Assembly (NCBI GenBank): GCA_010093815.1
Contig: ML996578.1
Origin: Pseudovirgaria hyperparasitica
Taxonomy: Eukaryota
Strand: one strand, 5' to 3'
DNA: 64,000 bases
The position numbers and the translations under genes are program-made. Positions 1-11,615 of the stretch are shown here, in pieces. The notes below the pieces were generated by a model. That model was given only the letters and a program-made list of their open reading frames with translations. It was not told where the DNA came from and did no database searches. Numbering within the stretch: the first letter of the stretch is position 1; the number at the start of each line of letters is the position of its first letter.

Positions 1-199
1 TCGGAATGCAAAGCGTGCTTTTACGGTGGCCTGATACCTTTTAGACCGGACAGTGACATGCATTGTCGAACCTTCGTTGAATCGGACCTACCGTTCAGTC
101 GATCCATACTCTTAATGGTATATCGATACTTCATAAGGAAAATTTTCTTCATACCGTTGCCGCTTCAATGGACACAGAGGAGTGTGTAGCACCACGGTG

Positions 200-1370
200 C
201 CTCAAGGAGATATTGTTTGACTAGCTCTCGACGCAGACGCTATCCTCAAATCATATATGGAATTACTGATTGTGGTTAGGGCTGTCGGAGACAGCAGCGT
301 TACGATTGTCCTGTTATCTCTTGCCTCTTTGCCGCAGATACTGATACCCCAAGGCAGCCATCTGCTCTTGAGCATTTCTAGCAATGCTGAACACATCCTA
401 TTGCGTTTCCCGAGCCCCTATGAGCCAAGCCGTAGAGCTGATAGAACTCACCTGTTGTCGCAGACGCTATGCAGTACCATCAGATAGAGCTCAATAGGAG
501 TAAGGATCCCAGTTCTCAAACTTAGAGAGCAAGATACTCGTACGAAATCATCTATAAGAGCGATGTCGGCGTCACAATATTTCGAACACGAAGACTTTAG
601 CAAGAATGTCCGGCCAGAATTCTCCAGGCATGAAGAAGGTCCCCGGTGCATGTTGATAGTGGTTGGCTAGCACCGTTCATAGCAACCGCAAGTCCAGCGA
701 ATGCGGGCTAAAGCGTCAGTAGGCAGTAGAGCACACGGCGGTGATCGGATGCCGGCCGAGTATCATACTTTTCAACATGTATTCTGTTGCAAAATGATGA
801 TTGAGTGCTGCGTATTGTCGCCAGGCGCAGAGCAGGCTGACTTATGTCGGCAGCGGGGTGTCGGCAAAAGACCATGTCTCCCTGATTATCGATCGCAGTA
901 GTCATATTATCTCTTATAGCAATAAGAAATTTAGCCACATCGAGTTTCCAGGCTGTATCTAGAATACGATGCGCCTTGAAACGAGCCGAGCGCAAGCATC
1001 GTGAGAGGCGTGTGGTGTCGTGGGCATGTCGGCCGGGTCCGACAGTAGACACTACATAGGACGAGAATAGCGTCGCCGGCTAGGAATGCTGACAATGACG
1101 CAGATCTTGACGAATGCCATGCGCGATAGATCCAAGTGTAACGCGCGACCTGGGGCTATCTTCGTGGTTTTTGAGCTGCGTAGACAGGTCCTCAAGTTTC
1201 AACTTCCTCAGGAGTCAAGACAGTCTGTTTAGACTATTGGTTTAGTAAGATAAGACGTCTCCTAGAGCGAAGTGGAACTTTAGAAGCGAGAGTTCCGTAG
1301 TCGCGACATAAAGCGGTGCGTAGTAAGCGAATTGTATAGACAGAGCTATGATGAACATCATACAGTATAT
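200..1370 (-). pseudogene. Degenerate ankyrin-repeat gene relic (approximate bounds)
   Basis: Minus-strand fragments in different frames resemble ankyrin repeats: YAPLYVATT..KFHFALGDV, TPL/HDACAR across a frameshift, LDVAKFLIAIRDNMTTAIDNQGD, LENSGRTFL, KYCDADIALIDDFVR. There is no continuous ORF. Confidence 0.4.
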
Positions 1371-2057
1371 GTGGCGTTGAATGTGGCGGTGACGGCAGAA
1401 GCGGGTCTGGGCAGGCCCGCACCGTTCAGCCCTTTCTGTTCACAGCCAATCAGCACTCATCCCTTTATCATAAATGACAACAAACACATACACAAGGCAA
1501 GAAAAGACACCCCACTTCCCCACAATAAAAAGACGACCACTTCCGCCCCAAATGACGGCCGAGCAGTTTTATCATCAAAGCAACGGGGCGTGACGCACAG
1601 TGTAGAAGGAAAAGAAGACAAAAGGATCGAGTCCACGGCCGGGCCCGCTTTCACATCTCCTATTACTCCTCCCATCTGCCGTCCTCCGCCCTCCGTCTTC
1701 CGTTCCACGCGGCCCTCTAACACTCCCTGCAGTAGTAGCAGAACTTCCCGTCCCCTCCTACTAAATGCTACGTAGAAGGACTTTGGTCTAGCCAAACGGC
1801 CATTTCCATCCTCCACTAGACTATGGTGCGGCCATGGGTTAAGGCCTTATCATTGATGGCCATTATTCGTCCTGCCATGTCCGGATCTTCTGTCCTCGTG
1901 TCGGGTTCTTTCCAAATGATTATATGTCCTACCTGGGTCGCTGTTTCTTCCATTTTTATGCATTGTAGGGCTGTATCGACATCCACAATCACAATCACAT
2001 CTCCCAACCAATAGCCTTCAACAAGATAACCTCCCCTGAGGCGCTCGTCGGTCTACC

Positions 2058-3756
2058 ATGACGTACAACGACAGCAGTTCGGATCTGGAGAAGCAGCCCG
2101 TCAAAGCTGGTGACAATGATACCACCCCGACGGCAACCGCCAGGCACACGACAACTTCGTTTGCCGACAACACAGGTGCTGTGCCTGGTGAGAGCTTCGA
2201 GTATGGCAACTCTGTGTATGCAAGGCTACAGCGCTTCGCCGGCCGCTTCAATGTCGAGCAACGTGGCATCGAGCGCGTGCCCGAGGACGAGCGGACGGAT
2301 GATAAATACGGTCTCCTAAACGCTGGGACAATGGTACGTTAATGCTGATTTCGACATCCCCCGAGCCCGTACCACACTACACCGTACCACTTCATAACAT
2401 GCATCCACACTGCCATGTGTGCGCAAGTAACGACGACGGAAAGACTGACAATCCCAACAGTGGCTATCCGCAAACATGGTGGTATCCTCGTTCGCTATCG
2501 GCGTGCTAGGCAAGTCGCTGTTCTACCTAGGCTTCGTTGACGCCATCCTCGTCGTGCTCTTCTTCAACCTGCTCGGCACCCTGCCCGTGTGCTTCTTCTC
2601 GACCTTCGGCCCGCACTTTGGCCTGCGCCAGATGGTGCTGTCGCGCTTCTGGTTCGGCTGGTATGGCGTCAAGCTCATCGCCGTCTTCAACGTGCTCGCC
2701 TGTATTGGCTGGTCGTCCGTGAACGCCATCGTCGGCGCACAACTGCTCCACTCCGTCAACACCTCCGTGCCCGGTTGGGCCGGCATCGTGATCATCGCAC
2801 TGCTCACCCTCGCCATCACCGTCTTCGGCTACAAGATCGTGCACGCCTACGAGTTCTGGTCGTGGATCCCCACATTCGTCGTCTTCCTCATCGTGCTAGG
2901 CGTCTTCGCGCGCTCCGGCGACTTCGTAAACCTCCCCATGGCCGTCGGCACCAGCGAACTCGGCGGCGTGTTATCGTTCGGATCCGTCGTATTCGGATTT
3001 AGCACCGGGTGGAGTTCTGTGTCGGCTGATTATACTGTCTATCATTCAGCGGCTCGCTCCAAACCCGCCCTCTTCCTCGCCACATGGCTCGGCCTCATCG
3101 TCCCCTTGCTCTTCACCGAAACGCTCGGCGTCGCAATCATGACCGCCACATCCCTGAACATCTCGCCAAACGCCTACGCAACAGGCTACTCGTCCGCCGT
3201 CCTGCTCCCGCTCGGTACCTTCGGCCGCTTCTGCCTCGTCATGCTCGCCCTGTCCATCGTCGCAAACAACTGCCCAAATATCTACAGCATCGGGCTCACC
3301 GTGCAGGTCCTCAGCCGCCGCACACAGGCCGTGCCGCGCTACGTCTGGACCGTCGCCGGCTCCGCGGTCTACATCGCCATCGCAATCCCCGGCTACACCC
3401 ACTTCGAGACCGTGCTGGAGAACTTTATGAACTTCATCGGCTACTGGCTTGCTATCTATGAGGCTGTCGCACTGGTCGAGCATTTCGTATTCAGGCGCGG
3501 CTTTGCTGGGTATGACGTTACGTGCTATGATTGCCCGGAGAGGCTGCCACCAGGATTAGCGGCCATCGGTGCGTTTGGGTGCGGCATTGCCGGCATGGTG
3601 TTGGGGATGTCGCAGGTATGGTTCGTGGGGCCGGTAGCACTGCATGCTGGCGAGGCGCCGTATGGAGGCGATGTTGGATTCGAGCTTGGCTTTGCGTTTG
3701 CAGCGACGGCGTATATGGTATTGCGCCCTGTTGAGTTGCGGTATTTTAGGCGGTAG
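2058..3756 (+). CDS. Purine-cytosine permease (NCS1/Fcy2-like); intron 2334-2460
   Basis: VEQRGIERVPEDER, spliced TM|WLSANM, GPHFGLRQMVLSRFWFG, IVANNCPNIYS, LENFMNFIGYW and GDVGFELGF motifs, with many hydrophobic segments. Intron is GTACGT...CTGAC...CAG. Confidence 0.93.
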
Positions 3757-4086
3757 ATGGTGGTTGTTTCGAGTTGGGCTGTGTGTCAGTTTGTGGTGGT
3801 CTACAGACATATATACCCCTTTTTCTGGATGCGAACGAAACTGGTGTGTGCTGGGACTTACTTGTTGGAGTAATATACGACTTGTAAGGACTGATGAACC
3901 TGTTAAGTCTAGCACGGCGCAATACGCAAATCTTACAATACTCAGCCCGCTGCTGCATCACGACGCAGTGGTGTGTACATGGGCTCGTTGTAGAGCATAT
4001 CAAACATGCCGCAATGTATACTCTATCGAGAATGTCTATGATAATAGCATCTATAAGGCCCAATCGGCGCGCACCGATCGCACAAT

Positions 4087-5637
4087 CTACCGGACGGTAG
4101 GCAACGGGACTGGGACTACCGGCTTGGCCTCCTCTATGTTCTGCGTTGCCTGCTTCTTTTCCGCCGCACTTTTTGCCTCGAAGTTTCGGTTCCACACATA
4201 GACATCCTCTGCGATACCGTCAATCGACGCGATCGGACCCTTGTACCCCAGATCCTCTCTCGCGGCCTTGTCATTGAACGCAATGTGCTTGGTGCACATC
4301 TGGAAGAGCGCAGGCTGTAAGTTCTTGATGTCACCACTGAGTGGAGGTAGGAACGTCGCATATCGGCGTTGGATGGTGGCATATACCTCCACAAGGTGCG
4401 CGACACAGAGCATTGGAAACGCCGGGACGTACGGAAAGTTAATTGGCGTCTTTGAGAGCGTTGTGAGCATCTGGTAGAGGTCGACGTAGACAATGGGTCC
4501 CTTGGGATCCACCACGCAGTATGCCCGACCGCCTAGATCTTTCTTTGGTGACGGATCAACGAGCTTGAACTCGAAAAGCAAGTGTGCAATCGAGACATTC
4601 TGTGCGTTGACGAGATTTTGGACGTAGTTGGTGATCCAGCTAAGACAATTTAGCGACTCAATCTCACACGACAGGGACCTTATACCTTGGAGCTCCTGCA
4701 CGGTTGAGATATTGCCAAGTAACGCTGGAATTATCTTCTACGCCATGCCCATAAATGGCATGACCGGGTCTGATGGATCCTGTCCTGAAGCCTCCAGACT
4801 TGTTATCGGCTTGTAATACCAAGGTCTCGCCAAGATGCTTGGATTTGGCATAATTACCACAATACTCATAATGCTTCATCTCGGAGACTGGCTTGGGCGG
4901 ATCGGCATTGTCTATAACCTGAATGAGATTCTTGGGCCACCTGGCGAACGGCTCCGCAAAGTATTCGGCGTTGACGAGGGCAATCGAGCTTGATGATGTT
5001 GAAATGAGGATACTGGCTTTGGCCTCCTTGGCAGCCTCTATTACATTTGCTGTTCCATTCACATTGACCTTGAACACAGGGCCCATCAGGTCCTCGGCAC
5101 GCTCGAAAGAATTGATGATGGCGGCGCTGTGGAAGACGGTCAATGGCTGACCCGCGATATCCGACGGCCAAGGAGAGCTAAAAGCGCTCTTCACAGCAGC
5201 AGCATCAGTAATGTCGGTCTTGATAAAAGCCACGCGGTCCTTGACATCAGGTCTTATGTTGGGCTTAACATCAACGATTCGAATGGCTGCCGGCTTTTCC
5301 CCGCGCATAAGAAGATGCTGCGCGATCCAGCCACCGACAAGACCTGACGTTGAATGAGCGACATGTACCCGGGAGAGGACCATCGTGCATGCTTACCACT
5401 TCCGCCGACTATAATATACCGCCTTCCCGTCGCTGGTGGAATGAACTTGCGGACATCGATAGGGCTCTTCTTAACCCTTTCATAGGCCTCGAGGATTTCT
5501 TTACGCGTCACGCGATTCGGCGACAATGGCAAGATCTCCGGCGGCGTCGTGTTCATACGACTAATCAATCGTGACAGGACGACGGAGGCGGCGATGAAGA
5601 CCACCAAGACGACGTAGAAGCCTCCGAAATAGACCAT
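4087..5637 (-). CDS. 3-beta-hydroxysteroid dehydrogenase/epimerase-like extended SDR with N-terminal TM anchor; introns ~5397-5345 and ~4685-4640
   Basis: Spliced IVGGSG|LVGG Rossmann motif, VFHSAA, VNVNGTANV, catalytic YAKSK, IRPGHAIYG. Confidence 0.85.
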
Positions 5638-6370
5638 CTCAATGCTTTGAATGTTGCTATTACACCAGAGATCAAGAGTCGACAACTTGCAACGTAGCAA
5701 TCAGGGTGAGAAGGAGAACACGAAACTATGGGGTTGCGAGCTCGCGTGACTTGGACGACGGCGGTATTAGATTAGTTCTAATAATTAGTTGGTAGCCACT
5801 TTCAGGAAAAGGTCCGGGGCTAGAAGGTCCGAGGACACGAGGAGAGAATCATGAATGAGAGAATGAAGACGAAGAGTTGTCTAGAGCCGAAAGGATATCA
5901 AATAGCCCAAGACGGATGATGTTGTTGATGCTGTTGTGTCGCGTCAACTTAAAGTGTGCCTTACTGACGATGTTCAGGAGTTTCCACTGTCCTGATTAGG
6001 TAAATAGTTGACTTGAGTCAGTAAATAGGAAGGAGGGAAGAAGTTTTCTGGTGCGAGGTCGCACTGTTGTCTAATCAGGTGGTGTTTATATTCATTAACG
6101 TGACCTTGAATCTAAATTATATATACAATTCACACGCTTACGACCAGTGTCAGATCTTTATCTGGTATTATTACCCAGGTTGACTGATCTGAGACATGGT
6201 ACACTGTAGATTCTCCCATGGTTTAGCTGCCTATTTATAGCCGGTCTCGATTACTTCTACCGCCACACTAGGCCAAGCTTCCGCCGCAGTATCCCCGCCA
6301 TAAATTCCTCCCAAAACTCTACTCCACCACGCAGCTTGAAGCACAACATATAGAGCCAGACTTCACAACA

Positions 6371-7016
6371 ATGTCCGACCGACCGGCTTCTCCCACGCCC
6401 TCAGAACGCGCAAAGGCCGACGCCGAGCTCAAGGCGAAAGAGGCCGCCGAGCAGGCTACCCTGCCCTACAAATGGACCCAGACGATCAAAGACGTAGACG
6501 TCACCGTCGAAGTCCCCGCAACACTCAAGGGCCGCGACTTGAACGTGCAGCTCAGCAAGACGAAGCTTGTAGTCGGTATCAAGGGCCAGCCGCCAATCAT
6601 TGAGGTAAGTCCTGGATAGGCCCCACACGGAGGGCGCTTTTATGCCTGTACTGACTATCATGTGCCAGGACGACCTGTTCTCCCCTATCCATGTCGACGA
6701 ATCTACCTGGACCCTCGAAACTGCGTCCGCTGGCAAGACCATCGAGGTTCACCTGGACAAAGTCAACCAAATGGAGTGGTGGCCGCACGTTGTCAAGTCC
6801 GCGCCCAAGATCGACACCAGCAAGATCACGCCCGAGAACAGCAAGTTGAGCGATCTGGACGGCGAGACGCGCGGCATGGTTGAGAAAATGATGTTCGATC
6901 AGCGGCAGAAGGAGGCTGGGCTGCCGAGCAGTGACGAGCAGAAGAAGATGGACATCTTGAAGAAGTTCCAGGCCGAGCATCCGGAAATGGATTTCTCCAA
7001 CGCGAAGATCTCGTGA
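6371..7016 (+). CDS. nudC: Nuclear movement protein NudC (CS domain); intron 6605-6668
   Basis: [73 protein letters not shown]. Confidence 0.96.
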
Positions 7017-7304
7017 GACGAGATTCGAGTGGACGCTCGATTGAGAGAATAGGAAGGAACGTGTGATTGGTTTCTGTGAAAGAGGACATTCGACGACAAC
7101 TCCAAGACCAGGGGCCAGTACTAGTGCATAGAGAGCTGTGTAAGGGTATGAAGAGTCGCAGTCTGGAACACTTGGAGCCATGAATGATGTGTATCAAGAC
7201 TATGGGCATTACAAACCTATCAGCCGAGCTATAGGAACAGTATGTTGAACAGAGCATAGGCTTTCGGAAGACACTATAATACAAGCATAATATTACAAGC
7301 ACCC

Positions 7305-9519
7305 TCATGCCTCGCTATGCTTCAAATGATACGTCGCCAACTGACTCTCCGTCATCACACTCGGCGACTTGACCAACAAATCCTCGCCCTTCCCACTCTT
7401 CGGAAACGCAATCACATCTCGCACCGACTCCTTGCCCAGCATCACGGCGACCAGTCGGTCCAGTCCCAGGGCAATCCCCGCATGTGGCGGACACCCGGCC
7501 CGCAGCACATCCAACAAATGCTGAAAATGCCCGACCGACGCATCGCTCATCTGTAGCACATCCCGCAGCACTACCTCCTGCATTTCCGCATCGTGGATTC
7601 GCCGACTGCCCCCGCCTAGCTCTACCCCATTCACCACTATATCATAATGCTCTGCCCGCACGGATAGCGGCTCAGCAATTAGCTTTTCCACATCCGCTGC
7701 GCTCTTCGGCGCTGTGAACGGGTGGTGTGTCGCACAGATCCCTGCCGCCCCGCCCTGCCCGGGCTCGCCATCGCCGCCGTTACTCGCAACCGCCAAAAAC
7801 AGCGGAAAGTCGGTGACCCAGCACACCTTGACACCTGTTGGCGCCGGCATACAGCCAGCAGCCACAGCAGCCTTGTGCAGCGCCAGTCGCAAGTTGCCGA
7901 GCGGGGTGAACCCGCCGGCGAACGGGGCGCGCGGGCGCGCTTGCAGCACGAGTAGCGTACCCTCGTCATCTAGTTCGAGGTCGCTGGCGAGAACCTCGGC
8001 GGCTTCGAAGCCGAGTGCAGAGAGGCCTTGGAGCGGCTTGCGTGGGTCGAGGACGAAGATGCCCGGTTGGCCGGCCGGGTTTGAGAGGAATGGGGCTGCG
8101 GCTGAGGAGGACATGAAGGCGGATGCGAAGGCGTGGGTTTCACGGGCGGACGGCGAGATGGCGAGGCTCATGGCTTCGACGATTGGGTTTGAAAGGGGGG
8201 AGATTTTACTGATGAGATCGGCGGGAAGGAGGTGTTCGACGCGGTGGATCTAGTGGGGAGGGATTAGGAAAGCGGTGTTGGAGAGGGAGTAAATGGGCGT
8301 ACCTTCATGCCGCGTCTGAGATCGGGCTTGTCGGAGCCATACTGGGCCATTGCTTCTTCGTAGGTCAGGCGTGGGAATTTGCCTTCGAGGTTCTCGTGCT
8401 GGAGGTCTTTCCAGAGACCGCAAGCGGCAAGGTCCCGGAATAGGTCCTCGATGATATTCATTATGTCTTCGCCTGTTACAAAGGACATCTCTAGATCAAG
8501 CTACAATCAATCCGTTAAAGAACATCCATCGACTGTTGTGGGTAGCTCACCTGCGTGAATTCGGGTTGCCGGTCTGCCCGGAGGTCCTCATCCCTGAAGC
8601 ATTTCGCGATCTGGAAATATCTCGGGATCCCACTGGCCATCAATATCTGCTTGTACTGCTGGGGGCTCTGCGGCAGCGCATAGGCCAGTCCTTTCTTGCG
8701 CGTAGGGACCAAAAATTCGCGTGCGCCCTCAGGGGTCGACTTGAACAACAAGGGCGTCTCGACCTCCATGAACTCCTTTTGATGAAAGTGGCTCCTACAA
8801 TGCTGCAATAGTTTTGAACGAAATTCCAATGCGTCACGGAGTGATTTGCCTGTTCGCATCTGCAGATGGCGTTGCTCTGGCGCGAAGTTTGTTTCTTCCT
8901 GCGCGATGAGATCCTTGGGGAAGTCATTGAGAAGAACTATTTCCTCAAGTTCGAGCTCGAACGGCTTTATGACTTCTAGTCCTGCTAAGGTTTCGGATTT
9001 GGGGGCCTGGCGTTCCTTGAGGGTGCCTTTGATGGCAACCGGCGAGTTGTCACGGATATTGGCAAGTGCCTCGGCATGTTGCCCGAAAGAAATAACCTGG
9101 AGATTGTACTTGAGGTCTATACTTTGTAACTGCAGGAAGGACAATTTCTTGGACAGCTTTTGGCGGGAGCCTATGTATCCATGGACACAGATTTGGCTCT
9201 TGATGGCATCCTTTGAAAGCTGTTGTAGACTCTTGATGTCATGTGTTGCTGGGGGAATTGCGACTGAGCGTGATTAGTGGTAAGAAAGAAGACGACTCGT
9301 CATTTTCATACGTGATTTCTTGAATGCCTCCAGAGATGCGAGCGTCGCGGTGGCTTTCTGCTCGTCGTTCCCATTTGTGGAATAGTAGCCGCATCTTGAC
9401 TTTAGTCTAAGAGTTGAGCTCTGCAGCCGGTGACTCAGGTGTATACTGTGAACACTACCGGACTGGAAGAAGCGAGAAATCGCGATGTACGAATGCTTCG
9501 GCGTCACATGACGAGACAT
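7305..9519 (-). CDS. MSD1: Mitochondrial aspartyl-tRNA synthetase; introns ~9311-9264, ~8550-8503, ~8302-8252
   Basis: [91 protein letters not shown], and an Arg/Ser-rich presequence after ATG 9519. Confidence 0.93.
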
Positions 9520-11150
9520 GGCCACTTGTCGATGAATACCGGAAGACAACGAGCGAGAAAGTCGCGATAGTGAAAACACGTCGGCACGTGACTGCGCTAA
9601 ACGAGATTGACGCTAGCGTCACAGCACAAATGTAATTCGCGTCGCCGTGGCTCTCTCGGTTTTTCTTCTTTATCCTTCCAGTTTAACCCAAGTGCGTCTC
9701 ACCAACATCCATCCTGACCGGCTGCAAATTGCTAACAACCATTCTAGATGATGAAAGCCTAGCGTGTACCCGATGAGCTGTCCTTTGTTTCCGGCGCTCT
9801 AAACTGCTCCCTTCACCGGGCTCAAGTGGTTGGGGTGTAGGTCCAGAGGCAGCGTGATATCGGCGTTCGGCACACCCATCTTGTTACTACAACGGACGCT
9901 ATATGGCATCTCTGATTCTATACTGGAAGGTGTACTGCACGAGGAACGGGTATGGCTTCGGTGAGGGCGTGACTCGAAAGAACGCCAGGTTGGCAGTGAA
10001 GGAGATATTATGCCGCCCGTCTTGTACCTATTGCGGTGGAGCGTCCAATGCGAGCTGCCTTGATCAGCCTTACAGATAGTACCGGGATTATGTCCTGGAG
10101 AAGCTACATACCGCGAAAGTATAATGGAGCCTGAGCACGATCATCGTTCGCGCCGTAACCACGTGTTGCAGTTCCTAGCATTGATATCCTTGCACCTCGT
10201 CCGGCCAAGCTCGTGAGCCTGACAGTTTCCTACGTCAGGCGAACGGCATTATCATGGATTATACGGCTGTACGATAGACTGCAGAAAGCTGACCACGTTG
10301 GACCGGTGTGTCCGTAACAGTATTCACGAGCGTGATACTGAGAAAGTTCGTTCACAAAGCCCACAATCAACTCCCTTAAATTGGAAATATCAAAATGTCA
10401 TATGTTGATCCTGGTTAGGAGTCACCATCCAATATACAGCATCGTCGTGGGACAATGCGTGGGCCACAAAAGGTTTCAATCCCGGAGCTGGAAAACGTCA
10501 ACCATGGATATCAACCGATAATAATGACCCATCGACTTTCTCATCCCAGCTCTCTTTCTCACAACAGGGGGCCTTATCTATTGGTTGCTGTGACATGCTT
10601 ATCATCACAGGGCAGGTCGCATTGGTACTATTGACAGCCAAACGAGAATGCACGGAAAGATCATGTGCAAATGACACTTTACAACATGGGGCGGCTCCAG
10701 ATGACACGCTGATTCACAACGCCACCGGAGGCCATGGACCAACATCATTGCCTTCTTATGGTAAGCAGGCGCAATTGTAATTCTGATACTCAATGCGTCG
10801 CGATACCATACGCCTAGGCTTGACTTCAGCCGCGCCTAACGTTCGTATATAACTTATCACCCAGGCGATATTCCTCTCGGAATGGAAACGCGTAACGGTA
10901 AATGAGGATTGACAGTATCCTACAAATGGAGGCGCAATTACTCCGTTCCCAAGCCCGTGGCGCAGAAGCATCCCTCAGTTACTAATAGCTCGCTGACATC
11001 GTGTCGTGGCTTCGTCATGGATGATCATCCAATCAACTGCACCCTAGTTTGCATGGGTAGGTCTCTATCACTCTTTTAGTTCCGAGCGGATGATCATATC
11101 AGCCGTTATATATTGCCTCGTTGCCTGAACACCGTTGCCGTGATGCATAT

Positions 11151-11160
11151 GCGGGGCTAA
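11151..11160 (+). promoter_or_regulatory. Overlapping CreA-type (GCGGGG) and XlnR-type (GGCTAA) motifs upstream of the AA5_2 gene
   Basis: GCGGGGCTAA lies ~460 bp upstream of ATG 11616. This is a short-motif match only. Confidence 0.3.
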
Positions 11161-11615
11161 TATCATGGGCAAAATGAAAAGCCATATAATTCCATTTATG
11201 GTAGGATTCATGGAAATACGAGAGAAGAGTCCAATTTGCCATGTGTCTGGTTCGTAAATACTAACAGGTGAGGTTTACTAGCGAAGTCAGCCGCCAAGGG
11301 ATGTTCATCTTTATAGCAGAGTGAACAGTGCACGGGCCCAATCATGCTTATTATGCGTTTGCAATCGGCGAACCAGATCGGATTGTGGCCAGACAATTCA
11401 TGCAGACCAAACTTTTGGAGGCTGACAGCCTTGCAGGGATAGTATCGATTCAGGCTACAGAACCGCTTCTGTTCATCGCTAAATGCATCGACTCAGGATC
11501 CTTCATGATGCTCATTCCTAATAAACACCCCTTTCAGCCCACTTACATCTTTCAAAATCACTGCCTCACTGTTACTACAGATAACATTCGCTAAGTCTAA
11601 TATTTCTTTTGGAAG

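Noticed and set aside
1800..2460. TPP riboswitch in the permease 5' region or intron
   Set aside because: No CTGAGA or CCTGAT/CTTGAT aptamer core was found by eye.
2523..4201. Many overlapping antisense and alternate-frame ORFs (here and in other GC-rich genes)
   Set aside because: They are shadows of biased codon usage in real genes.
9520..9579. GTG start for the mitochondrial AspRS given by the ORF track
   Set aside because: The in-frame ATG at 9519 already yields a plausible presequence.
9860..10080. Short frame resembling a dsRNA-binding domain end (YGFGEGVTRKNARLAVKEIL)
   Set aside because: Only ~70 codons, weak resemblance and no gene structure.
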